From Dehalococcoidia bacterium (GTDB lineage Bacteria; Chloroflexota; Dehalococcoidia; Lucifugimonadales; JAGWBF01): DNA of 64,000 bases. The translations under genes were made by a program, and so were the position numbers. The stretch lies in contig CBDFGE010000006.1 in NCBI GenBank assembly GCA_965247055.1, forward strand, positions 31,205 through 95,204, in the 5' to 3' direction. Position 1 is the stretch's first letter, and each line of letters starts with the position of its first letter. The notes beneath the pieces are model-generated. The model searched no databases. It was not told the origin of the DNA and saw nothing but the letters and a program-made list of their open reading frames with translations. This document shows, piece by piece, positions 54,038-62,018 of the stretch.

Positions 54038-56497
54038 ATGTGGGCCGTGGTCTTCATAGGCGCCTGGATAGCGGGGCTCCTGGTAGGGCTGGAAGCCGAT
54101 GTGTACGTTCCCGCCCTGGTATCCTTCTCCCTGGCGACGGCTATCCTGGCGTACCTTTTGAAGCTCAGAGGCGTTTCGCCCTGGCCCGGCGTTCTGGCCG
54201 TTGTCCTGCTCGTGGGCGTTGTCAGGGTGGAGGCCGCCGAGCGGCCTGCTTCCGGGGTGCCGGCTGACAGTCTCCGATCCATCACGATTGTTGGGGAGGT
54301 GGTCAGCGATCCCGAGCTGTCCGCACGCGGGGTGGAGTTCACCGTATCGGTCCGTGCGGTGGACCTGGGAGCAGGCTGGGTAGAGGACAGGGGCAAGGTG
54401 TTGGTGTTCGCCAGGCCGACCAGCGAGCTGGTCCGGACAAGGGGCGCGCCATATTTCCGCTATGGTGACAGCCTGGAGCTCACGGGGAGGTTGGAGGCCC
54501 CACTTTCCTTTGGGGGGTTCGACTACGGGGCTTACCTGGCAAACCAGGGGATACGCTCCACCATGGCCTTCCCCCAGGTCCGAGTGCTGGAGGAGGGGGG
54601 AGGCAACCCGGTCCTTCGGGAGGTGTACGGGCTCAGGCGGAAGCTGTCCGGGGGGATCGACGAGGCGTTACCCGAGCCCCAGGCCTCCCTGGGGCGGGCC
54701 CTTCTGCTGGGGCTGCGCGGCCGGCTCCCCGCGGACGTCAAGGACGAGTTCAGGTCCACGGGCACGTCCCACCTGCTGGCGATCTCCGGCCTTCACGTTG
54801 GCATCGTCCTGGCCTTGAGTGCGGCGGCTGGGGCCTGGCTGATGGGTAGGAGGAGGCAGGTGTACCTGTTCCTGCCCCTGGTTGCCATCTGGCTCTATAC
54901 GCTGCTTAGCGGGCTGGCCCCTTCGGTGGAGCGTGCGGCGGTGATGGGAAGTATCTACCTCCTTGCAATGGCGTTGGGGAGGCCAAGGAGCATTCTGCCT
55001 GCCCTGGCGTTGGCCGGCGGGGTGATGGCGGGAGTCGATCCCCAGGTCCTGGAGCAGGTGTCGTTTCAGCTCAGCTTCACGGCCATGGCCGGGATAGCGC
55101 TGCTTAGTTCCACCGAGCCGCCGCTGTGGAGACGGCTCCCGGGAATCTCCGTGGAGGGGCCGGGACCGTGGAGGGGCTTACTGAGGGGGCTGGCCCTGGC
55201 TGTGGTGGTCTCGGTGGCGGCGACCGTCGCCACGTTGCCCCTGATAGCCTTCAACTTCCAGCGCATCCCTACCCTGGGGGTTCCCACCACCATTCTGGCG
55301 CTGCCCGCCATGCCCGCCTTGCTGGTGGCCACGGCGATGGCGGCCGTGGCCGGCCTGGTCCACCCCCAGGCGGGTCAGGTGCTTGGCTGGGTCGCCTGGG
55401 TACCGCTGGAGTACCTCATAAGACTGGCCAGCCTGGCTTCGAAGGTGCCGGGTAGCACGCTCTCGGTGCCGGCCTTCAGCGGCGTCCTGGTGTGGGCGTA
55501 CTATGGAGTCCTGGCGGTACTCCTTCTGCTTCCCGGCGGGCCCCGGGGCCTGTGGAGGTGGCTGGTGAGGCTCGTCGCTGAAGGGAGGGACAGGGCCGGC
55601 CGGGCCGGGTCGCCGGGCCCCGGTCTCGCCGTCCCCATAGGGGCGATGGTCCCGATGGTGGGCCTCGCGGTCCTCGGCGCCGTCCTCTGGTGGCAGGTCG
55701 TTGGCGGGACCGATGGGCGGCTCCATGTGCACTTTCTGGACGTGGGCCAAGGTGACAGCGTGCTAATCGTAACCCCGGAGGGCAGGCAAGTGCTGGTGGA
55801 CGGGGGGCCGGGGGCCGATGCGGCGGCCCGCGCGGTCGGCGACAGGACGGCCTTCTGGGACAGGGACCTGGACATGGTCGTGCTCACCCATCCCAACGAG
55901 GACCATTTCCGAGGGCTGGTGGAGGTGGTGGACCGGTACGGCGTGGGCATCGTCCTCGAAGGGGGCGGCCGCTCCGAGAACCCCCTTTACCTGGAGTGGG
56001 AGCGGACTCTGCAAGGAAAAGAGATTCTCCGTGTAACCGCCTCCCAGGGACAGACCGTATCCCTGGGGGGCGATACGTGGATGGAGGTGCTGGGCCCTCC
56101 CTCCAACCCCATGCGGGGCACCGGCTCGGACGTGAACAACAACGGCGTGGTGCTGAGGTTGGTGTACGGCGGGGTCAGCTTTCTTCTGACGGGGGACATC
56201 GAGGCCGGGGCTGAGGAGCGGCTGCTACTTTCGGGGCTGCCGCTGCGGAGCACCGTGCTGAAGGTGGCCCACCACGGCAGCAGGACCTCGACGACGGAGC
56301 AGTTCCTGTCGGCGGTGAGCCCGGCGGTGGCGGTGGTCTCCGCAGGCGCCGCCAACCCCTATGGCCATCCCCACCCAGAGGTGACCGACAGGCTGGCGGC
56401 CATGCCCGGGGAGAGCAGGACTTACGTGACCGCCGAGCGGGGCGCCATAGAGTTCACCACCGACGGCGAGCGCCTCTGGGTCAGGACGGAGCGGTAG
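54038..56497 (+). CDS. comEC: DNA internalization-related competence protein ComEC/Rec2 (with C-terminal MBL domain)
   Basis: Polytopic competence domain (...FRSTGTSHLLAISGLHVGIV...) and a C-terminal beta-lactamase fold (FLDVGQGDSVLI...VLTHPNEDHFRG...KVAHHGS). The start was chosen at MWAVVFIG. Confidence 0.9.
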   Translation: MWAVVFIGAWIAGLLVGLEADVYVPALVSFSLATAILAYLLKLRGVSPWPGVLAVVLLVGVVRVEAAERPASGVPADSLRSITIVGEVVSDPELSARGVEFTVSVRAVDLGAGWVEDRGKVLVFARPTSELVRTRGAPYFRYGDSLELTGRLEAPLSFGGFDYGAYLANQGIRSTMAFPQVRVLEEGGGNPVLREVYGLRRKLSGGIDEALPEPQASLGRALLLGLRGRLPADVKDEFRSTGTSHLLAISGLHVGIVLALSAAAGAWLMGRRRQVYLFLPLVAIWLYTLLSGLAPSVERAAVMGSIYLLAMALGRPRSILPALALAGGVMAGVDPQVLEQVSFQLSFTAMAGIALLSSTEPPLWRRLPGISVEGPGPWRGLLRGLALAVVVSVAATVATLPLIAFNFQRIPTLGVPTTILALPAMPALLVATAMAAVAGLVHPQAGQVLGWVAWVPLEYLIRLASLASKVPGSTLSVPAFSGVLVWAYYGVLAVLLLLPGGPRGLWRWLVRLVAEGRDRAGRAGSPGPGLAVPIGAMVPMVGLAVLGAVLWWQVVGGTDGRLHVHFLDVGQGDSVLIVTPEGRQVLVDGGPGADAAARAVGDRTAFWDRDLDMVVLTHPNEDHFRGLVEVVDRYGVGIVLEGGGRSENPLYLEWERTLQGKEILRVTASQGQTVSLGGDTWMEVLGPPSNPMRGTGSDVNNNGVVLRLVYGGVSFLLTGDIEAGAEERLLLSGLPLRSTVLKVAHHGSRTSTTEQFLSAVSPAVAVVSAGAANPYGHPHPEVTDRLAAMPGESRTYVTAERGAIEFTTDGERLWVRTER

Positions 56498-56503
56498 GGA
56501 GGC

Positions 56504-56941
56504 CTATGGGGCTTTCATCGATACCATAGGTCCTGGGACCACATTGAAGCGTGTGCGCCACATCTCCTGCCCTTCGATTCGCGCAACGATGACCTTAGTG
56601 CCTGGGTCCTCCAGGCGGAGATTCATGTCGATTGCAAGTTGGACACGCTGATCTTGCCCCTGAGGGATGCCTGCCGGCCGCCCGACCTCGAATTGCCCTC
56701 CTACCTTCAAGAGATCCTTGGGCTCTTCCGTGGAGGGATCCTCGCTTGTTACCTCGACCTCAAAGGTGTGCCTCTGGTTGGTCTCATTCCAGGGAACCTT
56801 TACCGAGAGCGCTACGCCACAGCGTCGGTCAAGCGGGAACCCACTGTTCACGGTGAGCGTGTCCCAGCCACCCCCCAGAAGGTACAGCTTGTTGCCGACC
56901 ACCTGGGCCGAGTCGGCCAAGATAAGCCACTCAACTTCCAC
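56504..56941 (-). CDS. hypothetical beta-rich protein (distant paralog of the 5168-5638 product)
   Basis: 145 aa: MEVEWLILADSAQVVGNKLYLLGGGWDTL... ...GTKVIVARIEGQEMWRTRFNVV. It shows the same three-block architecture as the 5168 ORF. Possibly a DUF-type family, not identified with certainty. Confidence 0.65.
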   Translation of the reverse strand: MEVEWLILADSAQVVGNKLYLLGGGWDTLTVNSGFPLDRRCGVALSVKVPWNETNQRHTFEVEVTSEDPSTEEPKDLLKVGGQFEVGRPAGIPQGQDQRVQLAIDMNLRLEDPGTKVIVARIEGQEMWRTRFNVVPGPMVSMKAP

Positions 56942-56991
56942 TTGACACCTCCCCTACATTATCCTACAATCGCACTACCATTGTAGGATAA
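56942..56991 (+). promoter_or_regulatory. consensus promoter plus 12-bp palindromic operator of the toxin-antitoxin cassette
   Basis: TTGACA (56942-56947), a 17-nt spacer, then TACAAT (56965-56970). A perfect inverted repeat, TTATCCTACAAT (56959-56970) and ATTGTAGGATAA (56980-56991) with a 9-nt spacer, overlaps the -10 hexamer. Confidence 0.65.
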
Positions 56992-56995
56992 TGGT

Positions 56996-57291
56996 ATGAC
57001 GGCGTCAACCCCACGCATAGACACCTTCCTGATTGACGATGAGAATGAAGAAAAGATGGCCGCGCTTGGGCTATCAACGCGTAGCGTGGTAGAGATCCTA
57101 GGTAATACGCATGTGATCCTCAGGAACAGGAAGCGACGCCGCGGACTCTATCTGGTCGTGGGTACGGACAACTCTGGGCATGCATCGCCGCCCCCGTTGA
57201 ACGGACCCGTACGCCTACACTTTGGCGTCCCATCACAGCTTGGCCGTGCAAACCCTGGGAACGCGCGTTACTTGAAAAGAGGAGGAGATAA
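56996..57291 (+). pseudogene. BrnT-like small toxin gene carrying a frameshift (about 98 aa when repaired)
   Basis: Frame 1 reads MTASTPRIDTFLIDDENEEKMAALGLSTRSVVEIL...RRGLYLVVGTDNSG. From 57181 the family-typical C-terminus CIAAPVERTRTPTLWRPITAWPCKPWERALLEKRRR* continues in the +2 frame (stop 57289-57291). One base is missing near 57179-57180. Confidence 0.6.
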
Positions 57292-57292
57292 A

Positions 57293-57634
57293 ATGAGTAG
57301 CGAAGGTGACCACGACCTGGAGAAGCCCGAGAGCTGGAATCTAAACCGACCTATTATTCGGGAGCCGGTGAGGTCCCCGCGAGTCGTGGTGTCTGTTGCT
57401 TTCCGCAGGGCGGACTTCGCCTTAGTCTCCGAATATGCCGAGGGGGTTGGCAAAAAGACCTCGGAGTTCATCCGCGAGGCGGCGATAGATAAAGCTATGG
57501 GGCAGCATGCCAGGGACCCGCTGTACCCTACCTCCAGTGCGGGGACACTGTGGTCGACCCCGCGGATGCCGGACATCACCCGATTGTACACATCGGTGGT
57601 GGAGTACCCTGTGGAGGCAGGTGCGACGAAGTAG
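57293..57634 (+). CDS. ribbon-helix-helix (BrnA/CopG-like) antitoxin
   Basis: The ATG lies 1 nt after the toxin stop, preceded by AAGAGGAGGAG. ...PRVVVSVAFRRADFALVSEYAEGVGKKTSEFIREAAIDKA is a typical RHH motif. Confidence 0.65.
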   Translation: MSSEGDHDLEKPESWNLNRPIIREPVRSPRVVVSVAFRRADFALVSEYAEGVGKKTSEFIREAAIDKAMGQHARDPLYPTSSAGTLWSTPRMPDITRLYTSVVEYPVEAGATK

Positions 57635-57739
57635 CGGCTCCCGTTGTAGCCTGACTCCATACTTGTTAAACAACCGCGGCAGCCAGCGGCCGATCACGAT
57701 TGGACGGCGTGCGGACGGGCCCCTCCCTCCGCGCAGCGC

Positions 57740-58171
57740 CTAGTAGTGGCGCAGCTCTACGGTGTTGCCCTCCCAGTCCTTGATGTAGATGGAGTTGCCC
57801 GTCCCCCGGGCACCTGAGCGCTGGGCGGGGCCGTCGCTCACAACGGTCACCCCACGCTCGCGTAGCGAATCGGCCAGCCGCACCAGGTCCGTGGGCTCGA
57901 TGGTCAGGCAGTAGTGGTCCATGTTGTGGGGGCCGTCCCCAACGGGCTCCTGGTCGGGGGTGGGTACCAGGTCTATGATGGTGTCGCTGTTGATCCTGGC
58001 GCAGGGGAAGGGCACCTTGCCCGCATGGAACTCCTCTACTCTGTAGGGAGTGAGCCCCAGGACCTGGGTGTAGAACCGTATCGCCCCCTCCACATCCTTG
58101 CACCTGAGGACTATGTGGTCCATCTCCACCACTTTGAGTTTTACCGAAGTCTCCGCAGAATGCGTCGCCAT
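57740..58171 (-). CDS. VOC family protein (glyoxalase/bleomycin resistance/dioxygenase fold)
   Basis: ...MDHIVLRCKDVEGAIRFYTQVLGL...DHYCLTIE...GNSIYIKDWEGNTVEL. The start was chosen at MATHSAE, which has GGAGGG 6 nt upstream. Confidence 0.82.
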   Translation of the reverse strand: MATHSAETSVKLKVVEMDHIVLRCKDVEGAIRFYTQVLGLTPYRVEEFHAGKVPFPCARINSDTIIDLVPTPDQEPVGDGPHNMDHYCLTIEPTDLVRLADSLRERGVTVVSDGPAQRSGARGTGNSIYIKDWEGNTVELRHY

Positions 58172-58303
58172 TTCCGTCCCTCCAGCAGCATGCAGCGCTC
58201 TATAATATAGCCTTGCCGGTGGGGACATTGTATTTCGAGGTGGCGGAGGGGTCAAGCCCGTTGAACGCCCCAGGGGGGGTGGTCTCGGAGTCCGGAGGTT
58301 TGC

Positions 58304-59299
58304 ATGGGCGGTGATCTGGCCCAGGGGCTGCTCCTCTTTTTCGGCGGCGCGGCACTGGTAATCCTTAGCGGGGTGTACCTCGCCAGGTACGGGGACGCGC
58401 TGGCGGGCCTGCTGGGCTGGGGCCGGCTGTGGGTGGGCACCATCCTGGTCGCCGCCGCTACCTCCCTCCCCGAGCTGATTACCAGCGTCACCGCTGCCAG
58501 CCGGGACCAGCCGGCGTTGGCGGCGGGGAACATCCTGGGGTCGAACATGGTCAACATGTTCGCCCTGGCCATGGTAGCGATACTCTTCGGTGGCGCCGGC
58601 TTCTTCCGGATGGTTGCACCGGAGCAGCGATACCTGGTGCTAACGGCCATCTCCCTTACGGTGTTGGCGGTGGTCCTCGGGTCCCTTCCCCTGGGCATCT
58701 CCATCCTGGAGGTCGGCCTGGCTTCGGTGCTGCTCCTGGCGCTGTACCTGGGGGGGATGCGGCTGGTGTACCTGCGGAGGCCCAGCGAAGCCACGCGCCA
58801 GGAGGTCGGTGAGACCGGATCAATAGGGCTCCGAAAGGCCTGGCTGCTGTTCGGCCTCGCGGCCCTGGGGGTGATGGTGGCCGCTTCATCCCTTGCGGTG
58901 GGCGCGGAGCGTATAGCCGAGTCCACGTTCCTGGCGAGCAGCTTCATGGGTGTGGTGGCCCTGGCCATGGTGACCTCGATGCCCGAAATCTCCACGGCCA
59001 TCGCGTCGGTACGGCTGGGAGCCGTGGACCTGGGAGTGGGAAACATCTACGGCAGCTGCGCCTTCAATATCGTGATCTTCGCCCTGGCAGACCCCTTGTA
59101 CCGCCAGGGCGTCCTCGTCGAGACTCTGGGCTCCGAGCACGTAGCCGCCGGCGTTGTGGCCGTTTGCTTGATGGGCTGCGGGCTGGCCCTGATCCTTACC
59201 AGGGGGAGCTACCGGTACCTGCCCGCTGTACCTATCCTGGTCCTCATGGGGCTGGGCTACCTCGGGGCGGTGTACCTCGTCTTCTCCCTCTCCCGCTGA
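58304..59299 (+). CDS. sodium/calcium exchanger family (CaCA, YrbG-like) membrane protein
   Basis: Two alpha-repeat motifs (AATSLPELITSVTAA...GNILGSNMVN and TSMPEISTAIASV...GNIYGSCAFN), with about 10 TM segments. Confidence 0.85.
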   Translation: MGGDLAQGLLLFFGGAALVILSGVYLARYGDALAGLLGWGRLWVGTILVAAATSLPELITSVTAASRDQPALAAGNILGSNMVNMFALAMVAILFGGAGFFRMVAPEQRYLVLTAISLTVLAVVLGSLPLGISILEVGLASVLLLALYLGGMRLVYLRRPSEATRQEVGETGSIGLRKAWLLFGLAALGVMVAASSLAVGAERIAESTFLASSFMGVVALAMVTSMPEISTAIASVRLGAVDLGVGNIYGSCAFNIVIFALADPLYRQGVLVETLGSEHVAAGVVAVCLMGCGLALILTRGSYRYLPAVPILVLMGLGYLGAVYLVFSLSR

Positions 59300-59440
59300 A
59301 GTGGTGGGGGTTGACAAGGGCCAGCCACGGGTATAGGTTAGGGCAGCAGGCACGGGCGCCGGCGTAGGCCCTGGACGGCAGGCGTAAGGCAGAAGCGCCG
59401 AAGACCGTCTCGCCGTAGGGGGATGGACCAGGAGGGACGG

Positions 59441-60823
59441 ATGGACCACTACGATATGGTGGTCATCGGCACAGGACCCGGGGGCCACGGTGCGGCCATC
59501 CAGGCCGCCAAGCTGGGCAAGTCGGTGGTGGCCGTCGAGAGGCAGCCGGTCGTCGGGGGCAACGCCGTCAACACCGGTACAATCCCCAGCAAGACCCTCC
59601 GGGAGGCCGTCATGTACCTGACCGGCTATCTCCAGAGGGGTCTCTACGGTCTCAGCTACTCGGTGAAAGAGCATATCACCGTCCAGGACCTGACCTACCG
59701 CTGCCAGCAGGTGACACGGGACAGGGTCCAGGTGCTCAAGGCCCAGTTTGACCGCAACGACGTGCAGCTAAAGTTCGGCGAGGCGTCCCTCGCCGGGCCC
59801 CACCGGGTGAAGGTCCGCGGTTTGGATGGAAGCTACGAAGAGATGGAGACCGAGTACATCGCCATCGCTGCGGGCAGTACCCCTGCCCACTCGCCCAAGG
59901 TGCCCGTCAATCAGGCCACCATCTTAGATTCGGACGGGCTCTTTCCCCTGACCCATATCCCCAAGACACTAATCGTCGTTGGAGCCGGCGCAATTGGTAT
60001 CGAGTACGCCTGTGTTTTCGCTGCCCTGGGGGCCGAGGTCACCCTGGTGGATATGCGGAAGGACATCCTCGAGTTCCTGGACCACGAGATACTGGAGGCT
60101 CTGAGCTATCACATGAGGCAGAACGGGGTGACCTTCCGCCTGGGTGAGGAGGTCACGGAGGTGGTGGAAGAGGGACGTCAGGTCGTGGCCCGGACCAAGA
60201 GCCGCAAGACCATAAAGAGCGCCAGCCTCCTGTATACGGTAGGCTGGCTGGGTGCTACCAGCGAGCTCAACCTGGAGTCGGTGGGGCTGGAGCCCGACGC
60301 ACGGGGCCGTATCCCCGTGAACGGGCACTACCAGACTGAGGTGGATCATATCTACGCCCTGGGCGACGTGATTGGGGCCCCCTCCCTTGCCTCCACATCC
60401 ATGGAGCAGGGACGGCTCGCTTCCAGGCACGCCTTCGGCCAGCCGGACCACGCGTCCGCCGAGTTCTTGCCCATCGGCCTCTATACGATCCCCGAGATAT
60501 CCCAGGTAGGCCAGACCGAGGAGAGCCTTACCAGGGACGAGGTGCCCTACGAGTTCGGGATTGCCCACTACAGGGAGACCGCCCGGTGCAAGATCATGGG
60601 CGATCCAACCGGCATGCTCAAGCTTCTCTTCCACTCCGAGGACCGTCGGCTGCTAGGAGTCCACATCATCGGTGAGGGAGCGGCGGAGCTGGTCCACATT
60701 GGCCAGGCGGTCATGGCCCTGGGTGGTAACCTGGACTTCTTCGTGGACAACGTGTTCAACTACCCCACGCTGGCGGAGTGCTACAAGGTGGCGACCCTGG
60801 ATGCCTTCAACAAGCTGAACTGA
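59441..60823 (+). CDS. sthA: Si-specific NAD(P)+ transhydrogenase-like flavoprotein (pyridine nucleotide-disulfide oxidoreductase without the redox disulfide)
   Basis: DMVVIGTGPGG; GGNAVNTGTIPSK replaces the GGxCxxxGCxPSK disulfide motif, as in SthA; C-terminal dimerisation domain ...YPTLAE. The ATG follows AGGAGGG. Confidence 0.75.
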   Translation: MDHYDMVVIGTGPGGHGAAIQAAKLGKSVVAVERQPVVGGNAVNTGTIPSKTLREAVMYLTGYLQRGLYGLSYSVKEHITVQDLTYRCQQVTRDRVQVLKAQFDRNDVQLKFGEASLAGPHRVKVRGLDGSYEEMETEYIAIAAGSTPAHSPKVPVNQATILDSDGLFPLTHIPKTLIVVGAGAIGIEYACVFAALGAEVTLVDMRKDILEFLDHEILEALSYHMRQNGVTFRLGEEVTEVVEEGRQVVARTKSRKTIKSASLLYTVGWLGATSELNLESVGLEPDARGRIPVNGHYQTEVDHIYALGDVIGAPSLASTSMEQGRLASRHAFGQPDHASAEFLPIGLYTIPEISQVGQTEESLTRDEVPYEFGIAHYRETARCKIMGDPTGMLKLLFHSEDRRLLGVHIIGEGAAELVHIGQAVMALGGNLDFFVDNVFNYPTLAECYKVATLDAFNKLN

Positions 60824-61091
60824 GGTCCCGTCGCGGCCCCGTGTCTGCCCGAGCCTCCGCCACGGTGGCGATGGCCCACCAGAAGGCAAGGCCCCGGTGA
60901 ACCTGTCCCCCCACGTTCGCATCAAACCAGATGATTTGGTACCCCGGGCAACTCGCCTAGTCCCCGGGAACGCGGCGTCAGGTTACGTCGTCCCACGTGA
61001 CTCCCCCCGGAACGTTTCACGGCTAGATCCCCTTCCCGGTGGCACGTGCCCCAGGGGCGTGGTGAGGGCGGAGCCCTGCGTTGGGTGACCC

Positions 61092-61880
61092 ATGACCACG
61101 AAGGAGGACCATCGACTACAACGTCAGGCCGAGAGATTCGAGGTAGAGATACTGCCAGCCCAGGAGGTCACATCTCTGGCCACGGAAGGGAAATATCTCT
61201 CCATAGGCGTCCAGTCGGGAGGGGAGTACTGCGCCGCCGCGGTGGTGCTGGCCACCGGCTCCACTTACCGACGCCTGGGGGTGCCCGGCGAGGAGGACTT
61301 CATTGGGGCGGGCGTCCACTTCTGCGCCACCTGTGACGGGCCGTTCTACAAGGGGCAAGAGATCGTGGTGGTCGGTGGCGGCAACAGCGGTTTCCAGGAG
61401 GGGCTGTTCCTGACCAAGTTCGCCAGCAGTGTAACCATACTGGAGAGGTCCAATGCGGCGCGTGCCAGCGCGGCGCTCCAGGAGAAGGTGGCGAGCCGAG
61501 GCGACATGCAGGTTCTCCCTCGGACGACAGTCAAGGAGTTCCGGGGCAACGGCAGGCTGACCTCTATCCTGGTGGAGGACCTGGCGACGGGAGAAACAAG
61601 GGAGATGCGGCCGGGGGCCGTGTTCGTGTTCATCGGCCTCCTCCCCAACACCGGATTCCTCAGGGGCGTCGTGGAGCTGGACCAGTACGGCTTTATCGCC
61701 ACGGGCACCAGCCTGGAGACGAGTCTGCCCGGCGTCTTCGCCGCGGGCGACTGTCGAGTGAGGAGCACCAAGCAGGTGGTGAGCGCCATGGGAGAGGGTG
61801 CCACCGCCGCCCTCATGGTGCGGGAGTACCTGGAGAGGGAGGGGGAGAGGGCGGCCACCCCATCCCAGGCGCCCCAGTGA
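61092..61880 (+). CDS. thioredoxin-reductase-like protein lacking the N-terminal FAD-binding ~60 aa (probable 5'-truncated paralog)
   Basis: It begins at the position equivalent to about aa 60 of TrxR (QAERFEVEI...). It retains CATCDG, VVGGGNSGFQEG and GVFAAGDC. An in-frame TGA lies 1 codon upstream of the ATG, and no GxGxxG is encoded in the 270-bp upstream gap. Confidence 0.7.
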   Translation: MTTKEDHRLQRQAERFEVEILPAQEVTSLATEGKYLSIGVQSGGEYCAAAVVLATGSTYRRLGVPGEEDFIGAGVHFCATCDGPFYKGQEIVVVGGGNSGFQEGLFLTKFASSVTILERSNAARASAALQEKVASRGDMQVLPRTTVKEFRGNGRLTSILVEDLATGETREMRPGAVFVFIGLLPNTGFLRGVVELDQYGFIATGTSLETSLPGVFAAGDCRVRSTKQVVSAMGEGATAALMVREYLEREGERAATPSQAPQ

Positions 61881-62018
61881 CCCGGACCATCTCCCTCGCC
61901 CACAGGGGTTGCCTTGGGTGTCGAGGCCACAGTATCATACAGCTGCCTCTTGAGGTCCGCTTGGGACGCCTCGACCGAAAGGACGGCCTGGTCGGCAGTG
62001 GAAAGCTTGGAAGCAAGG

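Noticed and set aside
56996-57634. Single 212-aa ORF in the ORF track.
   Set aside because: Reading the alternative frame shows that it is a read-through fusion of a frameshifted toxin gene and a separate RBS-preceded antitoxin gene (ATG 57293). It is not one protein.
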